Assembly (NCBI GenBank): GCA_964574915.1
Contig: CAZNOW010000002.1
Coordinates: forward strand, 32,328 to 96,327
Source of the DNA: an uncultured Candidatus Saccharibacteria bacterium
GTDB lineage: Bacteria > Patescibacteriota > Saccharimonadia > Saccharimonadales > UBA4665
DNA: 64,000 nucleotides
Direction of reading: 5' to 3'
The notes beneath the pieces were generated by a model. It was not told the origin of the DNA and did no database searches. It saw only the letters and a program-made list of their open reading frames with translations. A program made the position numbers and the translations under genes. The stretch's first letter is position 1. The number at the start of each line of letters is the position of its first letter. Below, one piece after another: positions 34,857-45,387 of this stretch.

Positions 34857-35990
34857 ATGCCCAACAACAAACCGGTAGAAGTTAAATCCAAAGAAGAATT
34901 AGAGGCGGTTAAAACCCGTCTTGCTGAACAGGCTAAAAAAGACGGCCATATCGGTCAAAAAGAGATATTACTAGCCATTCCCGAAGTACCGGAAAATGCT
35001 GAACTACTCGACAAACTTTATACCGAACTAGCTGATGCTAATGTGGAAGTAACTTTAGCTGAACCCGACGCCGAGAACTTTAGTGATGAATGGATACTGG
35101 AAGAAGAGGAAGAAGAAGCTGTCACTCCAGAAGCCTCCGGTTATTTGGACGATGATATTGCCGATGATTCGGTTAGGTTGTATTTAAGAGAAATCGGTAA
35201 AATCCCATTGCTTACGGCCGAGGAAGAATTAGAACTAGCTAAACGGGTTTCTTCCGGCGATAAAATTGCCAAAGATAAAATGGCTGAAGCCAATATGCGT
35301 TTGGTAGTATCGATTGCCAAGCGTTATGTCGGCCGAGGATTGGATCTGCTTGATTTAATTCAAGAAGGCAACACCGGACTACTTAGAGCTGTTGAAAAAT
35401 TTGACCCCAATAAGGGATTTAAATTCTCCACTTATGCGACCTGGTGGATCCGACAAGCCATTACCCGGGCTATTGCCGATCAAGCCCGCACTATCCGTAT
35501 CCCGGTCCATATGGTTGAAACTATTAATAAACTGCTCCGGACTCAGCGCCGTTTGACTCAAAAACTTAACCGCGAACCGACTAACGAAGAAATTGCCAAA
35601 GAAATGGAAATCGACGTCGATAAAGTCGAACATATCATGAAAATCAAGCAAGATATCTCCAGCCTCGATGCTTCAATCCGCGACGACGAGGATGACTCGG
35701 TTTTAGCTGATTTTATCGAAGACGAAGATACCGTTACTCCTGAAGAGTCGGCTACCAGTCAGCTGCTTAAAGAGCAGGTCAAAGACATGCTGAATGCCTT
35801 GACTGAGCGCGAACAGAAAATTATCAAGCTGCGTTTTGGTCTAGAAGACGGCAAAAGTCACACCCTCGAAGAAGTTGGGCAGGAGTTTGCGGTGACTCGT
35901 GAACGGATACGCCAGATTGAAGCAAAAGCCTTAGCCAAACTGCGCAAGCATCGCGACGCCAAAAAACTGCACGACTACATTAAAGGTTAA
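34857..35990 (+). CDS. rpoD: RNA polymerase sigma factor RpoD
   Basis: Regions 1.2 to 4 are present: [55 protein letters not shown]. Confidence 0.95.
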   Translation: MPNNKPVEVKSKEELEAVKTRLAEQAKKDGHIGQKEILLAIPEVPENAELLDKLYTELADANVEVTLAEPDAENFSDEWILEEEEEEAVTPEASGYLDDDIADDSVRLYLREIGKIPLLTAEEELELAKRVSSGDKIAKDKMAEANMRLVVSIAKRYVGRGLDLLDLIQEGNTGLLRAVEKFDPNKGFKFSTYATWWIRQAITRAIADQARTIRIPVHMVETINKLLRTQRRLTQKLNREPTNEEIAKEMEIDVDKVEHIMKIKQDISSLDASIRDDEDDSVLADFIEDEDTVTPEESATSQLLKEQVKDMLNALTEREQKIIKLRFGLEDGKSHTLEEVGQEFAVTRERIRQIEAKALAKLRKHRDAKKLHDYIKG

Positions 35991-35993
35991 TTA

Positions 35994-38837
35994 CTAAATC
36001 CTGGCCGTTGAGGTTTTACCGTGAACTTCCCGGTGAAGTTTAATCACGGCTAGGCGGGTGTGCTTACGGGTATGCCGTTGGAATAAACGGATGCCCAGAT
36101 AAATCGTGGCCGCTCCGATAGCCGTCAGCCAATCGGCCAAGTTTAACGATCCGGTATGGAAAAATGACTGGATGACGGGGTTGTAGAGGATATTGAGTAG
36201 GCAAAATAGCGATATACCAAAAGCAATCAGCAGCTTTTTGTTAGACCATAGAAATTTGGTGAACAAGCTGTTGTGCTTATCGGCTCTGACAAGCAGCAAA
36301 TTCATAAATTGGCAGAGCACGATTGTTACAAAGGCCAAAGTGACAGCTTGGGCATACAAACTGCTGCTGGAATCGATGTATGCCGGACTTAATCCTCTGC
36401 GGGTAAAAAATAACAAAAAATTAATGTAAGCCAAAACGGCCGATAAAAAGCCAAACAAGATAAACTCCCTCACGGCCGCATTGTTAATGACGTGATCTTT
36501 ATAACGGCTAGGGTGATTATGCATTAAATTGCCCAGCGGTTTATCCCAGCTGAGAGCCGAGAGCGGGAAGACTTGGATAAGGGCATTCATAGCTAATACC
36601 TGGATGGCCGTAATCGCCATTGGAACATGAAACATTACTTGACCGACCAAACTAAATAGCACGGCGAAAAATAGGCTGCAGTTATCGGTCAAAGCACAGC
36701 CGATAGTCTTTTTGAGGTTATTGAAAGTAATTCGTCCCTGTTCAATGGCCGAAACCAGGGCGCTGATATGATTGTCGAGCAGTGTAATTTCAGCGGCATC
36801 GTTTGTAGCATCGGTACTAGTTTTAGCTAAGGCGACGCCGATATCGGCCTGTTTGAGAGCCGGCAGATCAATCAAACTTTCGCCGGTGACTGTCACGATT
36901 TGGCCGCTGGCTCTGGCGATCTCAACAATTCGCAGTTTATCTTCAGCGGTAGCTCGGGAAAAGATGACGCCGCCGCCATCGATAAGTTGCATAATCTGGC
37001 TATCTGATAAGGCCGCCAATTCGTCGGCAGTCACCACTTTAACCTGGTTTTGGTGGGCTGCCAGGTGGGCTTTAACTGCTAAGGCTTTAGCACTAGCCGG
37101 ATAATCACTGGTGATTACAGAAACCTGGATATATGCCCGTTGTGCGGTGGATATAGCCGCCGGAACAGCTTCGCCCAGCGGATCGTTAACGCTAATCATG
37201 CCTAAGAAAATTAGATTTTGTTCGGCTTCGCTAAAATCCAGTTTTTCCAGATTAGTAGAAACCGGCAGGATACGGTAGGCTAAAGCAATATTATCCAGAC
37301 CGTTTTGCTCTTCGGTTTCTTGATAATGACTGAAATAGCTTTGATCGGCAGTGGTCAAACGCCGGACATGGCCGTGATCCCAAAGTTTGGTACTGTGTTC
37401 CAGCACCACCTCGGGCGCGCCCCTAACAAAAACCATGACTTGATCACCTGAACGTCTGACTGAACTCATCAGCTGACGGCTGGCATCGTAAGGGAATTCC
37501 CGTAATTCGGGATAGGTCAGGGGTAATCTCTCGGTGTTTAGCCCGGCCTTACGGGCTACGGTTAAAATAGCCCCTTCGACCGGCTCGCCAATCACATACC
37601 AGTCCTGGTGCTGGGCATCGGGTTGGCTGACCTTGGCATTACAAGCCAGTACTCCGGTAGTAAAAAAGAGCGTCATGGCTTCCAAGGCTTGATTGGTAAG
37701 CGGTTTTTGCTGATCGTTTAAGATAAATCCGCTAGGTTCATAACCAGTACCGCTAGTCCGATAAGGCGTGCGTCCGATCAGTAGCTGATTGACGGTCATT
37801 ACCTTATTCGACAGCAGGCTGGATTTATCAGTCAGGATAATATTAGTCGCACCGAGTGTTTCTAGAGCTGCCAGCTGATTAACTGAGACCCGAGATTTAA
37901 CTAAACTGCGGGCGGTTTGAGTCAAGCTAAAAAAGAGCTCGGCAAACAGGCCGCTGGGGAAGATAGCTACGCCGAATGCTATGGCAAATAGTAAGGCCGT
38001 TTTCAGTCCTAGATTGGCTTGCCAGGCTACTACGGCCAGGATAGCCGCTAAAACCAATGAACCTTGGAAAAGACGAACGGTCAGCTGCTTCATCTCAGCT
38101 TGCCAGGACGATGTATTACCGGGCATGATCTGACATAGCGAAGCCACCCGGCCAAGTTCAGTGTGCATTCCGGCGCCGATAACAATGCCGTGAGCTTTGC
38201 CGCTAGCTACCGTGGTCCCCATGAAAACCAAATTATGCCGGTTGGGCAGCGGCACGGCGACCGACAAAGCATGGGCAAACTTACGACAGGGGCCATACTC
38301 GCCGGTTAATGCATAATCGTTCGTACTAAGTTCGACTTCATCTAAAATGCGTAAATCAGCCGGTACTAGGTCGCCCTCTTCGATAACCACGATATCGCCT
38401 AAGACCAGTTTGGCGGAATCGATTGTTTTGGTGTCGCCGTTACGGATGACTTTGGCCCGGGGCGAAATTAAATCATCCAATTTTTCAAATAAGGTTTCCG
38501 CTTTCTGATCCTTGTTAAAACCAAGAATCATAATTACAAGGGAAATGAGGATTAGCAAAAAAGCGGTTTGGCTAGCTTGTAAATAGACAGCCCCGACAGT
38601 ACTGATCAGAAAAACAATAACCATTATATTTTTGAATTGGCTGAAAAAGGTCTCTAGCGCGGAGTGATGACGGACCTGATATAACAAATTCGGTCCCAGT
38701 TGGTCATAGCGGCGAGCAGCTTCGGCATTAGTTAGCCCCATCTTATGGCTCCGCAATTCAGCAATAACATCCGCCGGCAACATCCGGTAGTAATTTAAAC
38801 GCCTATCTGATCCCACCGTATTCATCTTCAGGCTCAT
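35994..38837 (-). CDS. P-type ATPase homolog (P2-like, about 10 TM helices) with degenerate catalytic motifs
   Basis: Overall P-type architecture (cation-ATPase N-terminal LTNAEAARRY, RGAPE, 10 TM helices). However DKTGT reads DKSSL (37815..37829), TGD reads TSD, and GDGVND reads GESLID (36867..36884). Start moved to the ATG at 38835..38837 to avoid overlap with polA. Confidence 0.75.
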   Translation of the reverse strand: MSLKMNTVGSDRRLNYYRMLPADVIAELRSHKMGLTNAEAARRYDQLGPNLLYQVRHHSALETFFSQFKNIMVIVFLISTVGAVYLQASQTAFLLILISLVIMILGFNKDQKAETLFEKLDDLISPRAKVIRNGDTKTIDSAKLVLGDIVVIEEGDLVPADLRILDEVELSTNDYALTGEYGPCRKFAHALSVAVPLPNRHNLVFMGTTVASGKAHGIVIGAGMHTELGRVASLCQIMPGNTSSWQAEMKQLTVRLFQGSLVLAAILAVVAWQANLGLKTALLFAIAFGVAIFPSGLFAELFFSLTQTARSLVKSRVSVNQLAALETLGATNIILTDKSSLLSNKVMTVNQLLIGRTPYRTSGTGYEPSGFILNDQQKPLTNQALEAMTLFFTTGVLACNAKVSQPDAQHQDWYVIGEPVEGAILTVARKAGLNTERLPLTYPELREFPYDASRQLMSSVRRSGDQVMVFVRGAPEVVLEHSTKLWDHGHVRRLTTADQSYFSHYQETEEQNGLDNIALAYRILPVSTNLEKLDFSEAEQNLIFLGMISVNDPLGEAVPAAISTAQRAYIQVSVITSDYPASAKALAVKAHLAAHQNQVKVVTADELAALSDSQIMQLIDGGGVIFSRATAEDKLRIVEIARASGQIVTVTGESLIDLPALKQADIGVALAKTSTDATNDAAEITLLDNHISALVSAIEQGRITFNNLKKTIGCALTDNCSLFFAVLFSLVGQVMFHVPMAITAIQVLAMNALIQVFPLSALSWDKPLGNLMHNHPSRYKDHVINNAAVREFILFGFLSAVLAYINFLLFFTRRGLSPAYIDSSSSLYAQAVTLAFVTIVLCQFMNLLLVRADKHNSLFTKFLWSNKKLLIAFGISLFCLLNILYNPVIQSFFHTGSLNLADWLTAIGAATIYLGIRLFQRHTRKHTRLAVIKLHREVHGKTSTARI

Positions 38838-38910
38838 TATACACTTTGGGATAGCCTGTTGCGCGAGGTTTAAATAGAGCCGTTTAGGTGACTGAGCTAT
38901 ACTAAATAAT

Positions 38911-41583
38911 ATGAATGAGCCATCAGAGAAGCGTAAGAAGTTTGTCATTATTGATGGCAAAAGTGTTTTTTACCGCGGCTATTACGCCATGCCGAATTTA
39001 ACCACCAAAGAAGGCATCCCAACCGGAGGAGTATTCGGTTTTGCTACCATGGCACTAGAAGTTCTGCGCCGATTGAAACCAGATTATGTGGCAGTTGCTT
39101 GGGACAAGCCCAAAACCAATATCCGCCGCCGGCTGAAGTTATACCCGGAATATAAAGCTGGCCGCAAATCGCCGCCGCCGGATTTTTATGAGCAGGTTCC
39201 GATTCTTCAGGAACTGCTGAAAGCTTTCGGCTGGCCGCTATACGAAATGGATGATTACGAATCCGATGATCTGATGGGGACATTGGCCGTTCAGGCTACT
39301 AAAAAAAAGATTGAAACTTTGCTGGTCACCAGTGATCTGGACATGCTACAGCTGGTTGATCCTTATGTGCATGTCTATGTTTTAAAACACGGGCTGAGTA
39401 ATATCGATCTGTATTCGCCGGAAAGTTTTACCGCTAAATACGGTCTGAAAGCTGAACAATTTTTAGATTTTAAAGCCCTTAAGGGTGATTCTTCAGACAA
39501 TATACCGGGTGTTCCCGGGATCGGCGAAAAAACGGCCATGGAACTGCTGCTGCAGTTTAAAACCCTTGACGGAGTCTATGACAATCTGGCGCTGATTAAA
39601 CAATCGGTCCGCGATAAATTAGTTGCCGGTAAAAAACTCGCTCAGCTGAGTAAAGAATTAGCCCGGATTTGGACGGATGCGCCCTTGAAGCTTAATTTAA
39701 CAGAAGTCGACGGCAGTAAAATCCAGCCGGCTAAGTTACAGGAGCTGTTACAGAAATTGGAGTTTCGCACCCTGGCTCGCCAATTGCCGGAAATTATGCA
39801 AGTAGCGATTTCTAATCATAACGAGACGCTGGCTAAAAGCGAGCATCATTTGCCGGTCGGTAAATGCGAGGTCATCGATAGCGACTCCAAACTAGCCGCA
39901 CATAAACTCAAAGACATTGCGCAACTTTACGTTTACTCCTGGTCAAAAGGGGAGCACGGCAACGGTCCTTTGATGCTTTTACTAAGTCCAGACGGGTTAA
40001 CGGTTTACGCCCTTGATCTGAAACGGCTTGACCCCAAAAAGGTCATTAGTTTACTGCAGACGGCACCGCCGCTGATCGGGCACGACGTTAAAGCAACACT
40101 CGAAGTACTGCTGGCCTTAGGTAGCGCTAAACTGCCGGCAGTTGCTCACGATGTGCTCATAGGCGCTTTTATTTTAAATTCATTACGCCGCGAACAAACC
40201 CTGACCGATTTAGCGGAAGCAGATTTGAAATATCAAGGGCCGGCTTTTGAAAATCTTGAGCCGTCACAATATGTTACCCGGGCGCCAGAAATTATAGCTG
40301 TCATTAAGACGCTATACGAACAGCAGCTCAAAGAGCTTCACTCCATTCCGAAATTAACCGATCTGGCCCGAGATATCGAATGGCCGGTTATACCGGTACT
40401 GGCCCGGATGGAATACGAAGGTATTCAGCTGGATACGGCCTATTTAAAGCAAATGGCCGGGGAAATTAATAAAGATATTGCCAGTATTGAACGGCAAATC
40501 TATGTTCAAGCCGGCGAAGTATTTAATATCGGCAGCCCCAACCAGTTAGCCGACATTTTATTTAACAAATTGCATTTAGGTCTGTCCACCGCCGGGATTA
40601 AAAAGGGTAAAACCGGTTACAGTACTGCCGCCAGCGAGCTGGATAAGCTCAAAGGCCAACACCCGATTATTGAATTAATCAGCCAGTGGCGGGAAGTCAC
40701 TAAACTGAAAAATACTTATGTCGATACTCTGCCGCTTTTAGTTGATAAAAAATCCCGGCTCCATACCACTTTCAATCTGACAATTGCGCAAACCGGACGG
40801 CTTTCCAGTACCGACCCCAATCTGCAAAATATTCCGGTCCGAACCGATCTGGGCCGAAAAATTAGAACTGCCTTTGTGGCTGGGCCGGGCTATAAACTGG
40901 TTAGCGCTGACTATAGCCAGTTTGAGCTGAGGCTCAGTGCGGCTATGAGCCAAGATAAGCAGCTGATCGATATGTTTAATCGGGATGTTGATATCCACTC
41001 CGCGACCGCGGCTTTAGTCTACGGCCGTCAGCTAGAAGACGTCACCAAACAAATGCGCCGGACCGCCAAAATAGTTAATTTCGGCATTTTATACGGTATG
41101 AGCCCGCACGGTTTGTCGGTAGCCACTGGCATGACTTACGAGCAGTCCCAACGTTTCATAACCGAATATATGGCTATCCGTAAACCGTTGATCGCCTACC
41201 TTGATAACTTAAAAGAGCGGGCCCTTAAAGACGGATACGTGGAAACGCTTTTCGGACGCCGCCGGCCGATGCCGGATATTCATTCGTCTAATTATGCCGT
41301 CCGGGCTGCTGCCGAAAGGGCCGCCATGAATATGCCGATTCAAGGAACGGAAGCGGACCTGATGAAATTAGCTATGACCAAGATCGATAAGCAATTGACG
41401 GAGTTAGACAGCAATTGCCGCATGTTACTGCAGATTCATGATTCTATTTTGGTGGAATGTCCGGAGAAATATGCCGACAAAGTGGCCGGCTTACTGAAAC
41501 TGACAATGGAAAACATCTATCCTCAACTGCCCATTAAGTTAACTGTCGATACCAGTATGGGCAATAATTGGGGCGAGTTGTAA
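38911..41583 (+). CDS. polA: DNA polymerase I
   Basis: 890 aa. 5'-nuclease domain (GGVFGF, SDNIPGVPGIGEKTA) and polymerase motifs (DYSQFELR, RRTAKIVNFGILYG, QIHDSI). Confidence 0.95.
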   Translation: MNEPSEKRKKFVIIDGKSVFYRGYYAMPNLTTKEGIPTGGVFGFATMALEVLRRLKPDYVAVAWDKPKTNIRRRLKLYPEYKAGRKSPPPDFYEQVPILQELLKAFGWPLYEMDDYESDDLMGTLAVQATKKKIETLLVTSDLDMLQLVDPYVHVYVLKHGLSNIDLYSPESFTAKYGLKAEQFLDFKALKGDSSDNIPGVPGIGEKTAMELLLQFKTLDGVYDNLALIKQSVRDKLVAGKKLAQLSKELARIWTDAPLKLNLTEVDGSKIQPAKLQELLQKLEFRTLARQLPEIMQVAISNHNETLAKSEHHLPVGKCEVIDSDSKLAAHKLKDIAQLYVYSWSKGEHGNGPLMLLLSPDGLTVYALDLKRLDPKKVISLLQTAPPLIGHDVKATLEVLLALGSAKLPAVAHDVLIGAFILNSLRREQTLTDLAEADLKYQGPAFENLEPSQYVTRAPEIIAVIKTLYEQQLKELHSIPKLTDLARDIEWPVIPVLARMEYEGIQLDTAYLKQMAGEINKDIASIERQIYVQAGEVFNIGSPNQLADILFNKLHLGLSTAGIKKGKTGYSTAASELDKLKGQHPIIELISQWREVTKLKNTYVDTLPLLVDKKSRLHTTFNLTIAQTGRLSSTDPNLQNIPVRTDLGRKIRTAFVAGPGYKLVSADYSQFELRLSAAMSQDKQLIDMFNRDVDIHSATAALVYGRQLEDVTKQMRRTAKIVNFGILYGMSPHGLSVATGMTYEQSQRFITEYMAIRKPLIAYLDNLKERALKDGYVETLFGRRRPMPDIHSSNYAVRAAAERAAMNMPIQGTEADLMKLAMTKIDKQLTELDSNCRMLLQIHDSILVECPEKYADKVAGLLKLTMENIYPQLPIKLTVDTSMGNNWGEL

Positions 41584-41585
41584 GA

Positions 41586-42161
41586 ATGACCAGAGCGATC
41601 ATCTTTGATTGCTACGGAGTGTTAGTAACGGACGGGTTGTTACCGTTTATCGATAAATATTTTGATGGTCATATCAAAAACAAACAGCAAGCACTAGCTT
41701 TAATTGCCGATGTTGACCGGGGCCAGCTCAGCCAAACTGATTTCAATCATCAATTAGCTACTCTGGCGGGCCTAAGTGAGGTGGCAGTTGAAAGCGAGAT
41801 ATTACAGCATCGGCCAAATCAACCGTTACTTGACTACATTAAAATCTCCCTCAAGCCTAGGTATAAAATCGGCGTGCTATCTAACGCCGGCAGTAATCGG
41901 CTCAATGAATTGCTGGGTGACGACCATGTTTCGCTGTTTGATTCGGTCACTTTATCTTACGAATCGGGCTTTATTAAACCGGATCCGGGGGCATTTGCCA
42001 CAGCTGCCAACCGCCTTGGTGTCAAACCGTCAGGATGCATTTTTATTGACGATCAAGCTAGGCACTGTGCTGGTGCCCGCACCATCGGCATGCCAGCTAT
42101 TCTTTATCGGTCGTTTGATCAAATGAAAAACGACTTAGGACAATTATTAGATAATAACTAA
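41586..42161 (+). CDS. HAD-superfamily hydrolase
   Basis: MTRAIIFDCYGVL (DxxG variant of motif I), LSNAG, K and FIDDQ motifs. Start taken at the ATG at 41586. Confidence 0.7.
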   Translation: MTRAIIFDCYGVLVTDGLLPFIDKYFDGHIKNKQQALALIADVDRGQLSQTDFNHQLATLAGLSEVAVESEILQHRPNQPLLDYIKISLKPRYKIGVLSNAGSNRLNELLGDDHVSLFDSVTLSYESGFIKPDPGAFATAANRLGVKPSGCIFIDDQARHCAGARTIGMPAILYRSFDQMKNDLGQLLDNN

Positions 42162-42643
42162 TCTTTGATAGTCGGCCGCCGCCGGTTGCGCAGCTTAACC
42201 ACCCGACCGCCTTTAGCTCGAGACAGCCGCCAGGCTAGAATAATCACCCAAATAGATAACAAGCAGGATATTAAGTTTGTCAGCCGTTCGAGTATGTTAG
42301 TCGCGTGTTGGGTATCGTATAAGAAAATAAAAGCTGCGATTATTTCCGAGGCGATTAAGAATTTGGCTAACCGGCTGCTACGACGCTCTTGAGCGGCATA
42401 ACCTAACACCAGCAAAAACCCCAGCGCGAAAATAATTAAGATAATTAAAACCAGCGACACTAATGTATTACTGATACAAGCACCGTTTACACCGCTAGTA
42501 CAGCCGGCAACTATCGAGATGATGGTATTTAAAAAGCTTAAACTGCTGGTTACGATAAATTGCACCATTGTGCCGATGCCGGTTTCATAACGTAAACGCA
42601 TAAGCACTATTGTAGCGAAAAATTGCTCCGCGCATAGTTGCAA
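42158..42643 (-). CDS. membrane protein, hypothetical
   Basis: 161 aa with 4 hydrophobic helices and a basic C-terminus. Confidence 0.45.
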   Translation of the reverse strand: MQLCAEQFFATIVLMRLRYETGIGTMVQFIVTSSLSFLNTIISIVAGCTSGVNGACISNTLVSLVLIILIIFALGFLLVLGYAAQERRSSRLAKFLIASEIIAAFIFLYDTQHATNILERLTNLISCLLSIWVIILAWRLSRAKGGRVVKLRNRRRPTIKD

Positions 42644-42693
42644 AAATAGTAATTTATGATATCATAATAATCGTTTATAGAGAGTTTTGAGAA

Positions 42694-43245
42694 ATGACAC
42701 GTTATATAATCGGTTTTTTACTGGCTGTCGGTTTGATTATTATTGTGATAATTCTGATTATTCACGCCCTGAGTGGTACTCCCCAGCAGCCGCTTAACTT
42801 AAATAGCTATGTCAATTCTGGCGCAACCGTTCAATATACTATCGATTCGCCGGTATCCGCCGAGACAACCCATCATGACATTATTATCAATGTCGGTAGT
42901 GCTCAGTCCTCAATTGAAGTCACTCAAGGATATGAGGGTCAAGTTGTCACTCTCAATACTTATCCAATGAGTACCAATGCCTATGCTGTCTTTCTGAAAG
43001 CTTTGGCTCTAAATGGTTTTACTAACGGCAACAATAACCCGGCTTTAAGCGATGAACGCGGTCATTGTGCCTTAGGCGACCGCTATATCTTCCAAGTGAT
43101 TAATAGTAATAGCAGCAATCTGGAACGTTATTGGTATTCATCTTGTGGAACCGGCACGTTTCAGGGAGATGTATCGGTGATTCAGCAGCTATTTATTGAT
43201 CAGATACCGGATTACAGTACGGTCACTGCCAATATTACGCTGTAA
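42694..43245 (+). CDS. membrane-anchored or secreted hypothetical protein
   Basis: 183 aa with an N-terminal TM helix (IIGFLLAVGLIIIVIILII). Confidence 0.5.
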   Translation: MTRYIIGFLLAVGLIIIVIILIIHALSGTPQQPLNLNSYVNSGATVQYTIDSPVSAETTHHDIIINVGSAQSSIEVTQGYEGQVVTLNTYPMSTNAYAVFLKALALNGFTNGNNNPALSDERGHCALGDRYIFQVINSNSSNLERYWYSSCGTGTFQGDVSVIQQLFIDQIPDYSTVTANITL

Positions 43246-43251
43246 TTTTGG

Positions 43252-43491
43252 TTATTTTGTGCGAAGGACAATCCGTTTATCTGTTTGGGCAATGGCTTGT
43301 AATTGCGGAATTTGATAACGGAGAGTACTGGTTAGGGCGGCACTCGGGGTGATAATAATCAGATCGTGACCGCGAACGAGCGCTTCCACGCTAACCTGAT
43401 ATTTATCCTGAACGTATTTTTTAATCGCCACCGCTTCCTGGGGATCACTAAAATCCTTTTGACTTAATATAGATGAGAGTGATTCGGTCAT
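43252..43491 (-). CDS. small hypothetical protein (possibly DUF721/DciA-like)
   Basis: 79 aa. The family guess is weak and rests on size and pattern only. Confidence 0.35.
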   Translation of the reverse strand: MTESLSSILSQKDFSDPQEAVAIKKYVQDKYQVSVEALVRGHDLIIITPSAALTSTLRYQIPQLQAIAQTDKRIVLRTK

Positions 43492-43524
43492 AGTCTTATT
43501 CTAACAGGTATAATAGAGTGTACT

Positions 43525-44412
43525 ATGCCCGAATTACCAGAGGTGGAAACGGTGTGTATTGGTCTGAACCGGCTTCTGTCTGGTTTGGTTTTTAAATCCG
43601 TTGACGTGCTTAATTCCAAAAGTTTTATCCAAGAAGCTGGTTTTAAAAAATCATTTCTGATCGGAGCTTCGGTTTTAGGCGTTAAACGCCGAGCCAAGGT
43701 TATATTAATCGCACTGTCTAATCGGTACTCGCTGGTAATTCATTTGAAAATGACTGGCCAATTGGTGTTTCAAGGCCAAACAGTTCGCTTCGGAGCCGGG
43801 CATCCGACTGATTCACTGGTCGGTCAACTGCCGGATAAATCTACCCGGATAATCTTTAGTTTCGTTGACGGCAGCCGGCTGTTTTTTAACGATCAGCGGA
43901 AATTCGGCTGGATAAGGCTACTGCCGACGCTAGAAATACCTAATATTAATTTCATCCAAAAACTGGGCCCAGAACCGCTGGAGCCGGAATTTACTTGGCA
44001 GATTTTCAAGCACCAACTGCAAAGGCGGGTAAAATCAAATATTAAAGCGGTGCTTCTTGATCAAACAGTCATCGCTGGGGTAGGGAATATCTATGCCGAC
44101 GAATCATTATGGGAGGCTAAGATACACCCCGAAACGCTGGTTAATCAGCTGACTGATAAGCATATCCAAACGCTGCAGTTGTCTTTAGTTAAAATACTGC
44201 AGATTGGTATTGATAAAGGCGGTTCTACCGATCGTAACTACGTTGACGCTGAAGGGCGAAAAGGCAGTTATTTGCAATTTGCCAAGGTTTTTCGGCGCAA
44301 CGGCCAAGCCTGCCCCCGCTGCGGCACCGAAATTATAAAAATTAGGGTTGCCGGAAGAGGAACACATCTTTGTCCGCATTGCCAAAAACGGCCTCGGAAT
44401 CTATCGAAATGA
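43525..44412 (+). CDS. mutM: formamidopyrimidine-DNA glycosylase
   Basis: MPELPEVETV N-terminus, H2TH region and C-terminal zinc finger CPRCG...CPHCQ. Confidence 0.93.
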   Translation: MPELPEVETVCIGLNRLLSGLVFKSVDVLNSKSFIQEAGFKKSFLIGASVLGVKRRAKVILIALSNRYSLVIHLKMTGQLVFQGQTVRFGAGHPTDSLVGQLPDKSTRIIFSFVDGSRLFFNDQRKFGWIRLLPTLEIPNINFIQKLGPEPLEPEFTWQIFKHQLQRRVKSNIKAVLLDQTVIAGVGNIYADESLWEAKIHPETLVNQLTDKHIQTLQLSLVKILQIGIDKGGSTDRNYVDAEGRKGSYLQFAKVFRRNGQACPRCGTEIIKIRVAGRGTHLCPHCQKRPRNLSK

Positions 44413-44466
44413 TCATTAAAATCTGCCTAACCAAGAAAACTCAGTTTTTCACTTATAATTAAGGCG

Positions 44467-45387
44467 ATGATTACCACGCTAACTGGAGCAAACGGGTTTG
44501 CGATAAGATCAGAACTAGATAATCTAGTAGCTGCTTTTATTGCCAGTTATGGGGATATTGCCGTTGAACGGCTTGAGGGACAAGAAGTCGAGTTTGACCG
44601 AATAAGAGAAAGCCTTCAAAGTACGCCTTTTTTAGCAGATAAAAAACTAGTCGTCATCACTAACGCCAGCGCCAACCAACGGTTTGTTGAACAAGCCGAG
44701 AAACTGTTGCGTGAGCTTCCGGAAACAACCGATCTCATCTTAGTGGAACCGACTCTGGATAAACGGCTGACTTATGCCAAGTTTCTAAAAGCAAACTCGG
44801 CTTTCCATGAATTAAACGAATTAGATGAAAACTACCTGGCGAGGTGGATGATCGATTTAGTTAAAGCAAAAGACGGCACTTTAAGTTCGGCGGACGCCCG
44901 TCTGCTGATTGAGCGCATCGGTATGAATCAACAATACCTGGCTAATGAAATCGAAAAGCTGCTGCTCTATAATCCGCAAATCACCCAAAGCTCGATCAAC
45001 TTATTAACCGAACAAACGCCGCAAAGTACCATCTTTGAACTGCTGGATGCCGCTTTCAGCGCTCACCCTGAACAGGCTATGGCTATCTACCGCGAACAGC
45101 GTGAGCAAAAGATTGAGCCAGCCCAAATAATCGCCATGCTGACTTGGCAGTTACGGGTTATGGCTATCATTAAAACGGCCGGTGACCGCTCCACCGAAGC
45201 GATTATCAAAGATTCTAAACTTAATCCTTACACCGTCCGCAAATGTCAAAAAGCCGCTTCCTTAATCAGTTTTGTTCGTTTAAAACAATTAATTACTGAT
45301 CTAGTAGCCATAGATATGCGCTCCAAACTCGAAAACATCGATTTAGACGAAGCACTACAGCTATTCTTAATTAAGATTACTTCTTAG
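44467..45387 (+). CDS. holA: DNA polymerase III subunit delta
   Basis: 306 aa with typical HolA layout and motifs (LVVITNAS..., IFELLDA). Confidence 0.7.
   Translation: MITTLTGANGFAIRSELDNLVAAFIASYGDIAVERLEGQEVEFDRIRESLQSTPFLADKKLVVITNASANQRFVEQAEKLLRELPETTDLILVEPTLDKRLTYAKFLKANSAFHELNELDENYLARWMIDLVKAKDGTLSSADARLLIERIGMNQQYLANEIEKLLLYNPQITQSSINLLTEQTPQSTIFELLDAAFSAHPEQAMAIYREQREQKIEPAQIIAMLTWQLRVMAIIKTAGDRSTEAIIKDSKLNPYTVRKCQKAASLISFVRLKQLITDLVAIDMRSKLENIDLDEALQLFLIKITS

Noticed and set aside
38838-38960. N-terminal 41 codons of the ORF-track version of the P-type ATPase gene
   Set aside because: The extension overlaps the polA start (38911) and encodes no recognisable ATPase sequence. The internal ATG at 38835-38837 gives the expected N-terminus ahead of the cation-ATPase N domain.
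43488-43697. 69-aa minus-strand ORF overlapping the mutM start
   Set aside because: It is antisense to the conserved MPELPEVETV N-terminus of mutM and has no motif.
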